A DNA stretch of 61,916 nucleotides, counting the filler, from Sphacelaria rigidula (Eukaryota), in NCBI GenBank assembly GCA_964200075.2. It is 7 parts of 7 records of this genome, joined end to end, with 100 filler letters (N's around TTAATTAATTAA, not from the genome) between each part and the next. Parts side by side here need not be neighbours in the genome. Positions count along the whole stretch, not along the records: positions 17,722 to 26,481 come from CAXNAA020010170.1; positions 26,582 to 35,341 come from CAXNAA020010171.1; positions 35,442 to 44,200 come from CAXNAA020010172.1; 4 more parts are not named here. One strand, written 5' to 3'. Every line of letters begins with the position of its first letter. Position 1 is the stretch's first letter. The notes under the pieces are model-generated. The model was not told where the DNA came from and made no database searches. It saw only the letters and a list, made by a program, of their open reading frames with translations. This document shows positions 24,230 to 38,182 of the stretch, one piece after another. The position numbers were made by a program, and so were the translations under genes.

Positions 24230-25610
24230 TTACCTCTATCTGTGGGAGGTGAACAAAAAAACACTGTTCTTGGGATGCACACATGAATAAAGTGATGAAT
24301 AATGTAAGGCACAGATGGGCAAGATGGACGTGATCCTCAGACACTGACACGTAGATACTAGGAAAATATATGTATCCTGATGAATGTGATTGTACCAAGC
24401 TGGAATATGCAGGAGAAGCATGGGAGGGGGGCGCGAAGTTGGTGAAGAAGCTGCAAACAGTACAGGTGTCAGCAGCTAAGAAATTGCTTGGATGCTCAAA
24501 AATTACGAGTAATACAGCATCGAGAGCAGGGTTGGCATGTACCCACTTGAAACAATCAGGTGCATGATAAAACTGAAAGGACAATATAACACGAGGAACA
24601 TGCAAAGAAAGGGATTGCCAGTCTTGTTTGATGGTGCTGTATGGAAGAAAGTGACGAAGGGGCAGGCTGGAATAGGTGGGATAGCGTGTCAGAAAGTATC
24701 GAAGGGCATCGGTGGACCCAAGACAAGGTAGTGTCCATAGGTGAATGTGGCGGGTACGAGACAAAAATGAGAGGCATGACAGAAACAAGGGAAAGAGAAA
24801 CGCTAAGACGGAAAGTACACGAGGAAGAGCACCTGAAGATATACGAGGGGTTGAAAGAGGAGATAAGGATGGAGACCCATCTGTATGGCCCAATAGACTC
24901 CGCAAAAGAAATGAACTGCGATTCCGGGTGGGAGGCCTGGACCGGCAAGAAAGAAGGAAGAGGTATATCAGTGTCGAGTGGAGGAGGACGTGGATAAGCA
25001 GAGTTGCTTCTGTGGCAAAGCAGTAGAGAGCAAAAACTCATGTTGTGGCAGAATGTGAGCCATACAAGAAGGAACCGGACGTGCGAGTGTTGGAGGGGGA
25101 AATGTGGGAAGTAAACGAAGTTGGGGCATGAAAACGTCCACAGTTAGGACAAATCACCACGACTCAAAATCACCAAATTCACGATTTCTTCGGCCCGATC
25201 GCCCAAAAGGGANNNNNNNNNNTGGGCTGCGTGTACCTGGGTTGTAACGCTGAAGTAAAGCCTAGGGATTGATGCGTCACGAGTCGACTCATCGTACTAA
25301 AACCAAGTAATTTTCGGACGAATCATTATTTGTCCGACCCTTGAAAACGTCTAATACATTAGACAGTAGCGAGAAAACGTTGGCTACACTAGGAGATGAA
25401 TGGCGGCCACAGACGGCAAATCATGAAGGGAACATGATGTGTAAAAGATTTCTGTGTGATGTATGGAAGCAACGTAGTGAGCGCCCAAATGTTGGAGGTG
25501 TACTCTATCAGGAGTAGGAACCCTGCTCCGTCTCGAAAGGGATGCGTGGTCAATGGTCAACCGTCTAAGGCAAGCGGTCAATGAGTACGCCCCCCCTCCC
25601 CTCGCCCCTA
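24230..25610 (+). mobile_element. 5'-truncated non-LTR retrotransposon (LINE): ORF2 C-terminus and 3' UTR, interrupted by a MITE
   Basis: Post-RT motif KLEYAGEAWEGGAKLVKKLQTVQVSAAKKLLGCS, then LRFRVGxLD and a Cys/His-like CGKAVES..HVVAEC motif. Frameshifted. Ends ATGAGTACG followed by a C-run. Confidence 0.85.
25139..25343. mobile_element. hAT-type MITE inserted in the LINE (contains a 10-N gap); same right end at 35442-35535
   Basis: TSD AAAACGTC at 25131-25138 and 25344-25351. Imperfect TIRs CACAGTTAGGACAAAT and (revcomp) CAAGGGTCGGACAAAT. The LINE sequence resumes collinearly after it. Confidence 0.85.
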
Positions 25611-27097
25611 AACCGATCATATTTCAAAATTCGATGCCATGCTGCCTTGTGGTCTGGACCAACTCCTAGACGAGTTTTGATGGGGACAAATCCCGAATCT
25701 GCAGAGACCCCAGTCTGTGCATTATCAGGACGACTCATTTTTGCGAAAGTCGGATTTGCAGGGGGCCCACAAAGGTTCCGCAGATTTGTTGGAATAATTT
25801 TGTACATGGAGGGTCATTTTCGGTAGGAGTGTGGTGGTATCGTTTTTACCAGTGAAGTCGAAGAACAGGCAGGCGGTGAATCATCCTTCAAGTACTGTCT
25901 CGTACCGTCGTACCCTGGCGTAATACGGTGCAGTACACTCCATTATCACAGCACACGATAATGCCGTGGGGTAATAAACTATACAGTCAGTATTGCGAGG
26001 GCGGTGTAAAACTGCCCTCGGTAGCACAGCAACAGCAACAGCCCGCGAGGAATCCAAGATGGGAATTACCGAGAGAATGCTCCGCTTTGTACCCGACTAG
26101 GGATGGATGTGAAAACGTGAGGCTAACACCGAAACTGATGCACCCCTGGACTTTACTGTCGGTTGTTGATTCTGTCCTTGGTCGGTGATTTTGCTGTGCT
26201 CCCTGGTGGCCATTTAGACCTGCTATACTGTACTGTATCCTATGAGACTCGTCACTTTTGCAGTCCCTTTCTTCTCGGTTCTCTTTTTCTCTCCCGTCTC
26301 TCTCTACGCGTGTTCCTCCTCCCTGTGTATGCACGTCGCAGTTTGATGCGTCGCTTCCGTAGGGTGTATATTAACGAGAGCTTCATTCCCAACATCATGC
26401 GCTTGGGATGTGTGTGTTGTGTGTTGTCGTCCCATTTATTCTGGGCACCAGTTTACACCTTTCGGTGTATGTGGGTGCATCNNNNNNNNNNNNNNNNNNN
26501 NNNNNNNNNNNNNNNNNNNNNNNNNTTAATTAATTAANNNNNNNNNNNNNNNNNNNNNNNNNNNNNNNNNNNNNNNNNNNNTCGTCTGTGTCGATGAGAT
26601 ATTGCTTTTAGAGCTTAAATCCTTTTTTAGGCTGGCCCAGCTCGTACGCGAAACTCGTGAAGCGGCACCTCGTATCTTCTATACAACACAGACGGCGGTA
26701 CAGAAAGTACAGAAAGTACAGAAAGTATAGACAGTTCAGTCTGCATATTGTGTGTGTTTCGTAAAGCATGCAGGAGCGACGTGGAAAAAAAGCTGGCAAC
26801 GTGACACACAGACAGCAGAGCAATCCGTATTCTCTGCATATACAAGGATGTGAAGAACATTTGAACCACGTGCAGTCTTGCACTGCCTCTACTGTAAAAA
26901 TCTCCAAGTACCGTGGTATCGTAGGTATCGTAGGTATGAGTTTTGAAAATACCCGATTGGGTCGGTATCGGTAGGGTATGAGATGTCCCAAATACCGGTA
27001 CCGAGTACCTCCCTTACCCTCTATACCGAATTCAAAACTGTCATCTGGCAGTGCGAAGCGTTTCACACCTGAGTGCAAGTTGGGCAGTCGAAGTTTT

Positions 27098-27446
27098 CAC
27101 AGGCACCGTAGGTAAGGTACCGTACCGAGCATACCCCCGGTATTCACCGGGGTATCCCATACAGTGGTATGCGTAGGTATTGTAGGTATGAGTTTTGAAA
27201 ATATCGGATTGGGCGGGTACGATAGGTATTAAAATCCCGAAATACCCTGGTATCGTAGGCATCGTAGGTATGACATTTCAAAATATCGGATTGGGCGGGT
27301 ACGGGAGGTATTGAAATCTTGAAATACCCTGGTGTCGCAGGTATCGTAGGTGTGACATTTCAAAACACCGGATCGGACCGGTATCGGTAGGGTCTGAAAT
27401 GTCACAAACACCGGTCTGGGTGCCTACCTTACCTACGGTGCCTGTG
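27098..27446. mobile_element. MITE with perfect 22-bp TIRs and ~75-bp internal tandem units
   Basis: CACAGGCACCGTAGGTAAGGTA at 27098-27119 and its exact reverse complement at 27425-27446. GGTATCGTAGGT repeats inside and also at about 26910-27020. No clear TSD. Confidence 0.85.
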
Positions 27447-28656
27447 CAAAGTTACATGCCCCAGATTTTCGCCAACAAAATAGATACACATCATGCCAAC
27501 AGGGTGGTGGTGTCGGTTCCTTATCACTGCAACGTATGTATTCCTATGCTCGGTTCGTGGTCTGTGCTGCGGGGTTAAGTTGGTATCTCATGTGGGTTTT
27601 GCATAGTTCTGTGAAAGGGTGGTATTTGGTATAGTTGTTCGCAACGTAAGAGTCATGTGTCCCCCTTCGTTCGTTCGATGGTCAGACACCCATGAGGCAG
27701 TGTATAAGCCGCGGCTGTCTCTGGAAGTGGCGAAATCAGAGAATAAAGCAACTCATTGTAGGCTGTCATTCAAATGCAAGATAATCAGTGGGCTTCGGGC
27801 CGAACAATCTTAGCAGGATGCAGCTGGCCCTTCATGCAACTCGCCGAACACACCACGGTGCTTCGCGATTGATGATTGAGTGCAAGCCTGGTCCGGCGAG
27901 AATCTGGCGTCCTCCGTCCCGGCGTTGTAGGGTACGAGGTCAATGGTCTGATGACTATGGCATGCATGATCATGAGTGCACCGTTCGTTTCCGCCGGTTG
28001 ATCTCAACTAAATAAGGTAAGCTTTTCTGTTTTTCACCCTACCCGTCACGCGCAAATCAAGTTCGAATGAACTTGATGCCATCTGAGAACATAGTTGACG
28101 TGGACGTATCAGATACGAGCTTATCACGACAGATTCAATTCGACCGCATGTTTTTGAGTTGAGAAAAGGAATGATGAGACACGGCCTAAAAAAACAAATA
28201 AAAGAATGAGGGAAAGAAGAAAGAAGGCAAGAAAACACAGGAAGAGAGACAGAAACAAAGAAACAAAGGAAGGAAGATAGAAAGAGGAAAAGAGATGAGG
28301 CCGGTCTGTGCCACATGGCTTCGGTGAAAAAGGTCTTGCGCAGGACCACGCTGTTGCGCAGGAAAATATGTGTGCATGCCAAGATTCGCGTGTGCTACAG
28401 GAAATAATATAGCAAGACTGAACATGAACAAATGGACATGAAAAAACAACACCGTACTGCGAACGACCTAGTTGTGCAGCTTCGCTGTGGACCACCAGAC
28501 GCGTGAAAAAGGCTACAATGATAGCACGACCGCAGAAGGGGATGTCGGTTTGATTGGTGAGCTAAACGAGTCAACGAGCAGTGGTGAACGATTGGAAAGC
28601 TCACCATGAAAAAATACCCAAAACCAAAACGGGCTACATTTCGCAGAAAAGGATGT

Positions 28657-30689
28657 AAAACATCATGAGTAACAGGTTAAAACCAACGACCCGAAGTCCG
28701 TTACAAGACACGGCTAAGTTCCCCGAAAGTGGCCGTGGATCACAGGGATGCACCAACTCGTTTGTACACTGGCATACTCTTCCAGTGCTCACATGCTGCG
28801 TTGAAACGCACGGCCTCGGACAAAACTCCCGACACACAATGGGAGTAAACATACTGCAGGGACTGCGGTACAGTACAAAACACATCATACAGTAGTGTAG
28901 AATAATACCATCCCACGGAACGTACTGCAGGAAGCCTTGCATGACGCTCACACATCCCCATATTTCCGGCAGATACAGCAGGATCATTCGACCAACAGGA
29001 GGATACATCCCAAGTTTCTTCCGTTGAATCATGACGTACTGTGGTTCGACTGAAATAGAGCGGCTGGTACACAACGTTTGCAACAAGACCCCCAAATGTG
29101 ACAATTGCAGACGAAAGGACGTTGAACTCCGCTGCTGTAACCCGTGTGATCCAGCACACATAACACGTACGGCACTATACATGAACCATGTACCTCAAAT
29201 TTCCACAGCTGTGTCTGTGCCTGCATCGTGCATACGAGCGACGACGGGACAGTCTAATATCAATCCTACACGTGACGGTCGTCGACATACTTGCTCTTTA
29301 TACCAGGCACATACACAACAAACCTGCGAGGCAACACGGCCTTTGTCGCTGGACTTACTCGGTTTTTGACTCACCAGTTAGGTTGTTGCTGTAGAGCTCC
29401 AGCGTCCGGAGACGACCGAGGCGAGCCAACTCCCGCGGGATATCACCTGACCAGGGGAGGGAATCATGCCAAGCACAGATCTCAACCACATTACGTACGG
29501 TCACCCATAAACAGTGCCATGACGACTTCAGTGCGAATATAAAACGAAACACGTGTCGATCAAGTGCCGAACACGCCATCCACAAAAAGAGGGACCAGCG
29601 GATGTCGGTATCGCCACACCTACGAGCGACACGGGTCGCGATCAATCGTGGTCACAAACATGCCCTCGTGTTCACGCGGAAACATCACTACCGTCAGCCG
29701 CAATATCGCAATTGACACAGACCTCATACAACAGAGAGATTTCCCAGTTGGGAGACACCGAGTCGACATATATATAGAACGTGCGATATGTATCTGCCCC
29801 AAACAACCGTAAATGGCACACCCAAGGCACAGCAAGTGCACACCAGCAACATAGGGGAAGATGTCGTTGATGGCAGGTTCAAGCCACGTGAGTGCATATC
29901 ATGTCGCCTCCTTGTGTGGTGTGCCGTTGTGGATGCGCTGTGCTTTGTAGTAGAGACAGGGTACCTAGCTCATCAACATCAACGTGGTGGCAAGCGCTGG
30001 ATTGATAAACGAGAGGCCGCAAACGTTCCCGCTCGATGTTTGGGAAAATGTGAACTAACAAAAACGTTCAGGGGCGGAAAGATACTACAAGAAAGAGCGA
30101 GTGCACTGCCATGTTCTGTTTCTTCCTTTATACTTGCAAGCTTCCCCCTTGCTCCAGACCAGTCCGTACCTTACCCATCCCATTCTCCCTCCTACATGGC
30201 CGATACATTCGTATCGCGACTTGGATCAACGCTCACCGCGCCCCGCGTCACCTTTCGTCGGGCTTTCCCCGCTACTGACAAACGCACGGTTTCAACGAAA
30301 GGTGTCATGTACCTCTCGGGAAGTAGAAGCATGTAGTAGAGTACAGCCTGGATATCAACCCTCCCCCCTCCGCCATGACCCTCACGATCTACATCTACTA
30401 CCTCAACCACCAGGGAGCCGTAGTAATATGACTTGAGGAACCAAACACAGACAAGTCACAGAATTGCCCTGTTCCTACATATCGTCTCCCAGCTTCCATA
30501 AACACACCCACTCAACACAAGACACACACATCGAAACTTGATATCTATTTATGATCACTGCACCGATCTCTGCGTGCAATATGTCTCAAACAGCAAAATA
30601 ATCAGATACCGGAGGACCCAACCAACCAACAAACATCGAACGTCGCGATCACAAGTCTCGCCATTGAACGAAAATATGCAATCTTTTAC
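28657..30689. repeat. Copy 1 of a ~2.03-kb near-identical direct duplication (copy 2 at 32642-34685)
   Basis: Almost base-for-base match, with a few substitutions and an 11-bp indel near 28750/32737. The adjacent ~28300-28610 and ~32305-32608 segments are homologous but much more diverged. Confidence 0.95.
29375..29446 (-). CDS. 72-bp phase-1 plant-type LRR exon (copy A2, identical to A1)
   Basis: Same sequence and splice sites as 33371-33442, offset by 3996 bp. Confidence 0.92.
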
Positions 30690-31533
30690 AGGCTGGGTCG
30701 CCCAAGACGCGGACAGGGACGCGAACACGCGATTTAGCAGGTCAATGTTGGGTCGTTTCTATGAAATTTTGACACAATGTTCAGGACGTTTGTGCGAAGA
30801 CGCCCCCATTCGACTATCCTCGACTATCGACATTGCTCGACACCAACGTCCCCATTGTTGGTCCACATCCCAACTCGTTTTTCGTCGACATTTATGACGA
30901 AAAACAAATGAAATACGAACTGTCTTACACGGCGCGGGGCACTACCGTACCTCGCGAGAGCAAGACGGCGCCGAGCCTTGCTGCTCAACACGACGGCCAG
31001 ATCCATGTGTTGACGTTCAGAGAGAGACATGGAAATGATGAAAGCAATCACTGCACTCTACTGTTTTTCGTCACCAGGCCTTCGCTGACCAAGCTATATC
31101 ACACACATCAGGTTCGATCAATACCGACAAGCACCGGTGGACACACGAAACGGCCTTGCGCAATGGTATTCAGCATCCGCTGTAGCTCAACGCTGTGTTG
31201 ACAACAAAGGTGTCCATTACAAGTGTGCGTGCACAATCCTCGCCCGCTCCAAACTGCGTGCGCAAATCAGGGAGCTGCCTCCGATATTCTTCCATCCACG
31301 ACAAACAGGAACCCGGGCGGAGAACGGGGCACGCACGGCTGCAGTTCAAAAGAATCAGGCTGTCGCCCACAAGACCTTGAAGGGTCTCTGTCATGCTTCG
31401 TGGTGAAACGGGTACCGACACCAATGGAGGACAAGGGAAGAAACCACACCTAGCTACCTTGCCTAGTCTACAACTCATGGAGAATGCACGTTACTCCGAT
31501 GAAGCATGTGTGGAGTGAACACCGGCCACTCAC

Positions 31534-31605
31534 CTGTCAGCTTGTTGTCCCCTAACGATAACGCCTCCAGCGCCCCAAGCTGGCTCAGCTCGGCGGGTAG
31601 CTCAC
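31534..31605 (-). CDS. 72-bp phase-1 plant-type LRR exon (B)
   Basis: cag|GT GAG CTA...CTG ACA G|gtgagt. Encodes (G)ELPAELSQLGALEALSLGDNKLT(G). Not present in the supplied ORF track. Confidence 0.92.
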
Positions 31606-32641
31606 CTGCTTGTTCACACAACGGAGCAACCGATGGAATTGGCCAACATTTCTACGCAAAAAGGAACCAACCATCAAGTACAAACTACGTGCCGGGTACA
31701 TGCCGTGACTGGATGGCAACACAGGTACATGCCTGCTCCTGTACATACAATCGACGTTGTACCAGGGGCAGGTGACTTTGGTCCTCGGTAGAGATATTCG
31801 CCGACAACGTCCACAGAAACAGATAGATATTCAGAGGACTTGGGGCTGGGGGCAAGATCGATGCCAACTACTCTATATTCTAGCTTGGAGGGTACTAACT
31901 ACTTCAGCTTCGTTTTCAGCTCGACGAATCTAGTCCCGGAGGAGCTTACATCCGTTCCTTGACTGTGGAGTCGGAACCCTGAAATGATATGACACGACAA
32001 CAGATTATAAGCCTTATTTTTGACGTTCGAGGTGAGGGCGGGGAAGGGGGACCGCATACCTCGCAATGGCTCTAGTTCCGTCGCTGGTACTCTTCTTGAA
32101 ATGTCCAATTTGGTTTCGTTGATTGATTGTCGCCTTTCAACTGACTCCCCAGGGACCCAGCCATGGTCACATCATAGACTTGACCCGAGACGAAACAAAA
32201 CTGATACTCTCGCGCAAGGGTACATAAAGAACAGAAACGGTAAAACAGAACGACAGACTAGACCCGCGTAATAACGAAGAAACGAAGAAGGAAGGAAATA
32301 TAAGGCCGGCCTCCGCCACAAGGCTTCGGTGAAAAAGGTCTCGCGCAGAACCATATTGCTGCGTAGAAAAGAAATGTGTGCGTACCACGATTCGCGTGTG
32401 CTACAGGACATAACACAGCAAGACTGACTACGAACCGATTTGAGGAAACAAAATGATACTCTGAACGATCTACTCAAGCACCTTTGCTGCAGACCACCAG
32501 ACGCGTGCGAGGGCTGTAACGACAACATGGTACGAGGGGATGACCGGTCGATTAGTAAACAAAATCACCCACCGAGCAGTGGTGGGTGGCTGGAAAGCTC
32601 ACCATGACAACATGTCGATATAATTGAAGAAAGAAAAATGA

Positions 32642-34685
32642 AAAACATCATGAGTAACAGGTTAAAACCAACGACCCGAAGTCCGTTACAAGACACGGCT
32701 AAGTTCCCCGAAAGTGGCCGTGGATCACAGGGATGCGCCTCCTCCGCACCAACTCCTTCGTACACTGGCATACTCGTCCAGTGCTCACATGCTGCGTTGA
32801 AACGCACGGCCTCGGACAAAACTCCCGACACACAATGGGAGTAAACATACTGCGGGGACTGCGGTACAGTACAAAACACATCATACAGTAGTGTAGAATA
32901 ATACCATCCCACGGAACGTACTGCAGGAAGCCTTGCATGACGCTCACACATCCCCATATTTCCGGCAGATACAGCAGGATCATTCGACCAACAGGAGGAT
33001 ACATCCCAAGTTTCTTCCGTTGAATCATGACGTACTGTGGTTCGACTGAAATAGAGCGGCTGGTACACAACGTTTGCAACAAGACCCCCAAATGTGACAA
33101 TTGCAGACGAAAGGACGTTGAACTCCGCTGCTGTAACCCGTGTGATCCAGCACACATAACACGTACGGCACTATACATGAACCATGTACCTCAAATTTCC
33201 ACAGCTGTGTCTGTGCCTGCATCGTGCATACGAGCGACGACGGGACAGTCTAATATCAAACCGACACGTGACGGTCGTCGACAGACCTGCTCTTAATACC
33301 AGGCACATACACAACAAACCTGCGAGGCAACACGGCCTTTGTCGCTGGACTTACTCGGTTTTTGACTCACCAGTTAGGTTGTTGCTGTAGAGCTCCAGCG
33401 TCCGGAGACGACCGAGGCGAGCCAACTCCCGCGGGATATCACCTGACCAGGGGAGGGAATCATGCCAAGCACAGATCTCAACCACATTACGTACGGTCAC
33501 CCATAAACAGTGCCATGACGACTTCAGTGCGAATATAAAACGAAACACGTGTCGATCAAGTGCCGAACACGCCATCCACAAAAAGAGGGACCAGCGGATG
33601 TCGGTATCGCCACACCTACGAGCGACACGGGTCGCGATCAATCGTGGTCACAAACATGCCCTCGTGTTCACGCGGAAACATCACTACCGTCAGCCGCAAT
33701 ATCGCAATTGACACAGACCTCATACAACAGAGAGATTTCCCAGTTGGGAGACACCGAGTCGACATATATATAGAACGTGCGATATGTATCTGCCCCAAAC
33801 AACCGTAAATGGCACACCCAAGGCACAGCAAGTGCACACCAGCAACATAGGGGAAGATGTCGTTGATGGCAGGTTCAAGCCACGTGAGTGCATATCATGT
33901 CGCCTCCTTGTGTGGTGTGCCGTTGTGGATGCGCTGTGCTTTGTAGTAGAGACAGGGTACCTAGCTCATCAACATCAACGTGGTGGCAAGCGCTGGATTG
34001 ATAAACGAGAGGCCGCAAACGTTCCCGCTCGATGTTTGGGAAAATGTGAAATAACAAAAACGTTCAGGGGCGGAAAAATACTACAAGAAAGAGCGAGTGC
34101 ACTGCCATGTTCTGTTTCTTCCTTTATACTTGCAAGCTTCCCCCTTGCTCCAGACCAGTCCGTACCTTACCCATCCCATTCTCCCTCCTACATGGCCGAT
34201 ACATTCGTATCGCGACTTGGATCAACGCTCACCGCGCCCCGCGTCACCTTTCGTCGGGCTTTCCCCGCTACTGACAAACGCACGGTTTCAACGAAAGGTG
34301 TCATGTACCTCTCGGGAAGTAGAAGCATGTAGTAGAGTACAGCCTGGATATCAACCCTCCCCCCTCCGCCATGACCCTCACGATCTACATCTACTACCTC
34401 AACCACCAGGGAGCCGTAGTAATATGACTTGAGGAACCAAACACAGACAAGTCACAGAATTGCCCTGTTCCTACATATCGTCTCCCAGCTTCCATAAACA
34501 CACCCACTCAACACAAGACACACACATCGAAACTTGATATCTATTTATGATCACTGCACCGATTTCTGCGTGCCACATGTCTCAAACAGCAAAATAATCA
34601 GATACCGGAGGACCCAAACAACCGAAAAACATCGAACGTCGCGATCACAAGTCTCGCCATTGAACGAAAATATGCAATCTTTTAC
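32642..34685. repeat. Copy 2 of the ~2.03-kb duplication carrying an LRR exon
   Basis: Duplicated ORF translations (e.g. 29355-29645 and 33351-33641) and direct sequence comparison. Confidence 0.95.
33371..33442 (-). CDS. 72-bp phase-1 plant-type LRR exon (copy A1)
   Basis: cag|GT GAT ATC...CTA ACT G|gtgagt. Encodes (G)DIPRELARLGRLRTLELYSNNLT(G), one 24-aa GxIPxeLgxLxxLxxLxLxxNxLt unit. Confidence 0.92.
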
Positions 34686-35914
34686 TGTTTATACTTTGTG
34701 GAAACGTCACCCGAAACGTCCAACCTGCACCCAACATGTCTCCGTTTATGTTTTGACTCTTCTTCACTTTCGATTCGGCTTTTTTAGCCACGACTTGCTC
34801 ATGGCTTGTATCAGAGTTTTCCCAAGAAGGAAGACTGAAGGACACATTATACTTAACAGCCAAAACGATAAATTCGTCCATCAAACCTTTTCCACGTGGC
34901 ACATTCAACCACCTGTTGTTTCTCGGTATATTGCCAACCCTGGGCCCTTTCCTGCTTCTTCATCGGAAGAAATCTCATGTCTCAGAGGATCGACGCTCTC
35001 TTCTCCGGTACAGTACGCATCTTCTAAATCTTATCGACAAGTGGATGGGCATTCTCAAAGCCGGCGCCTCGCTCGTTCCCATCATTCATGTTCTCAGAGC
35101 TTCCAAGATAAAAGTCAGTCAATGAATCACCAACTTCTGTCAGGTGTCGGACTTTGTACTTACTGTCCTCCGCCTCGACTGGAGGATGACCTACCACTTA
35201 CACCACCGGGACGGGGCGACCATCACAACAAACAATACATACTTCGCTACGTTCTGATTATCAACCATGGACAAATACATCAGCAGTGGACGACCCAACA
35301 ACGCACTACTCGTCGGGGGGGGTGGGGGTGGGGGGGTGTACNNNNNNNNNNNNNNNNNNNNNNNNNNNNNNNNNNNNNNNNNNNNTTAATTAATTAANNN
35401 NNNNNNNNNNNNNNNNNNNNNNNNNNNNNNNNNNNNNNNNNCTGAAATAAAGCCTAGTGATGGATTCGTCACCAGTCGACTCATCATACTAAAACCAAGT
35501 AATTTCCAGACAAATCATTATTTGTCCGACCCCTGCAAACTTTTGTCAGTGGGTTGAGCACGAGCGTCCCAGTGTCTGCGGCTCTGTCGGGAGTTTATAC
35601 GGCCCGCCACTTCTTACTTGATTGGCTGACTTTGTCACATTAACTGATCCCCCAGCAATGAAGTGATTGCCTCATTGCTTGATTGCTTACATCATGGACT
35701 CTTGTTATCTCTTGTTACTCGCCCAGTGTCCCCGAAGGATGTTGACCTAAGTGAACATTAGCACCTCTTACCTCGTCACCCATTTGTGGCAGCATTCACT
35801 TGCATACAATCTGGGCCGGCCAGCAGAGCGAGTATGCGCCAATATCGCCACGCACAGCTCGATTGTTTGCTCTTGCTTGTGGTGAAAACCAATATCCGTT
35901 TGCTGGGAAGGTTT

Positions 35915-36160
35915 CAAGGGCAGGTCGAGTACAGTATACTCAATACTCAGTATTTCGAAGAGTCATACTTTTAGTACTCAAATTTTGAGTGGAGCATTTG
36001 AGACCGCACTCAACCTACTCAAAATTCGAGCGGAGTATTGAGGTCATACCAAGTGATCCTCTATACTCGATTATTACTGAGAGTGCTTACCCAATATTTG
36101 AGTAGAGTAAATCCTCGGGTATTTTACTCGAAAGTTCATACTCTACTCCACCTACCCTTG
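35915..36160. mobile_element. hAT-type MITE with perfect 8-bp TSD
   Basis: TIRs CAAGGGCAGGTCGAGTACAGTAT and (revcomp) CAAGGGTAGGTGGAGTAGAGTAT. GAAGGTTT flanks both sides (35907-35914, 36161-36168). Internal TACTC/GAGTA motifs. Confidence 0.92.
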
Positions 36161-36819
36161 GAAGGTTTCTGTACAACCCCCATACCTGTGCCCGACATGT
36201 GTAAATTTCGCGAGACTCCCATACCGGTGCTTGACAGTTCTATAAGTTCTGTAAGAAATTTTATACCTTACCGAACATACCCCTACCCTACAAGACACAA
36301 CCTTGGGAATTTCGACACGTGATACGATACGTAATGAACTTGCTGGCACATTGACGAGTAGAATTTTCGTCAAGAGGTGATTCCTTGACGAACACTTGGG
36401 AGTTTCCCCCTTTGAAATAGTGGTATCAACATTACCCCTCCCCCCCCCCGCCCCCCCATCCCCTGTTTTGCTAGTCATTTCGTACGTTCTTGGACGAAAA
36501 AAGGCTTGTATGGGTGATCGTTTCGCCGGCTGGCGGTGAGGATACTTCTGCACCCTTGTACCCGTGTCTCTTTCATGTGCACAAGTTCTTGAACTGGTCC
36601 CGAGATGGTTAGTGAAGTTTGCCTCCCAGTTCGTCTCCATACTATCTATGGTTGATATGACTTTATTTGACTGTCAACATCGACATTTTGAGTTGGAATG
36701 CCTCCAATTATAGCGTGCCCATGACACGTCATTGTCCAAAATGGCGCCTACAGCACCGATTTGAGGTCTGCCAACGCACGCTTTGCCTAGGGCATTCTTT
36801 GCAACCCCTTTCCCCGGGG

Positions 36820-37321
36820 GTGGGAATGAAGCCATATCTCCATCGCCCCATGGACGCAGCGAAAAAAGTGAAACAGCGATTTCCGGTGGGGGACCTGAAC
36901 CTGCCAGGAAAATATATATATATACGAGCAGTCGAGGGGAGTAGGAAATAGATGCACATAATTGCCCTCGTGGCACAGCAATAAAGAGAAGAACTGGTAT
37001 AGTTGCAGAATGTGAACTTTACGAGGAGAAACGGGACGAGCTAGAGGGGAAAATGCTCGGTGCGAACGAAAGTGGCATAGAATCGTCTGATGTATCACAC
37101 CAAAGAGAGAAAACGATGGTCATACTAGGAGATGGGCGGTGGCCACGCGAAGGCCAAACAGGACGGGAGTAACATGATGCCTGGGAGAAGCGTAATGAGC
37201 ACCGAAATGTTGGAGGTGTATTAGGAGTAGGAACGGTGCTCCGTCTCGTGAGGGATGCATGGTGAATGGTCAAACGCCAAAGGCAAGCAACAAATGAGTA
37301 CGCGCGCGCCCCCCCCCCCCC
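36820..37321 (+). mobile_element. LINE 3' remnant (same family); further copies at 44301-44810 (-), 48745-49082 (+), 60700-60765 (-), 61146-61228 (+)
   Basis: Shared blocks ATGTTGGAGGTGT..AGGAGTAGGAACGGTGCTCCGTCTCG..GGGATGCGTGGTCAATGGTCAAACGACTAAGGCAAGCAACAAATGAGTACG. Confidence 0.85.
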
Positions 37322-38182
37322 TTTTCCCGAGAGGTTTCGGGGTACCAGGCAGAGGGTTGGGGTTAAAGTGGGGGATTTGGCCACACATTGGTCATTTTAG
37401 NNNNNNNNNNAGCGGTGCCCGGCCTGGGGAGGGGGGGGGGGGGAAGGGCCAACCCCAAAGGGCAAGAAAAAAAGGGGTAGCGCGGGGCCCCCCCCCCCCT
37501 TTGCCCGAGAGTTCTCGGTATACCAGGCAGAGGTTTGGGCTTAAAGTTGAGGATTTGGCAAACCATGGATCATTTTGAGACGAAGTGGGGTGAACCCTCC
37601 TGAACCCTTGAACGGCGAGAGTAGGTCATCCGTTACGTCGGCATCACTTCCACTTGGAGAAAGTATGCATGGTCCAGATGGATTAACCTCGCGGTCTAAG
37701 TGTTCAGATGGTCGTGTGAAAGCTTGTGGTGAATGCGGAGAGCCTTGACTTTTTTTTCCCTGTACGAGGGCAGTTGATTTGTTGAAAGATGAAGATCCGT
37801 CATTTTCCAGGCTTTTCCCCCCGTCCAGTTTTGGAGTGATATGTAGAAGTCTCCAGAGATAATAGTACCCATGGTGTGAACAACTGTGTCTCAGCATTTT
37901 GTATGCATATGCAAGAAAGCTAGAGACGGTTGAAAGATATGTTCACCCCGTGTGTGGAGGTGTGTGTTCGATCGTTGTTTTGTTGCCTTTTTGGTTCCGA
38001 AAGTGTGTATATTCCGTGTTCGTGTGTTCGCGTGTTCGCGTGTTCTTTGTCGACTCAGCAAGACTCGGGTGACCACGCATGACCTATTGCAAACCAAAGG
38101 TTGGGGAAATGGTGTACATGGTGATATTTGTCTCACGTCTGCCGTGTTTCGTGTCGTCTTGGTGTTGCTCTCATGCGTGCAG

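Noticed and set aside
34534-35341. 287-aa ORF 34534-35397
   Set aside because: Starts within duplicated intronic sequence, runs into the N spacer, has no domain signal, and is antisense to the LRR exons.
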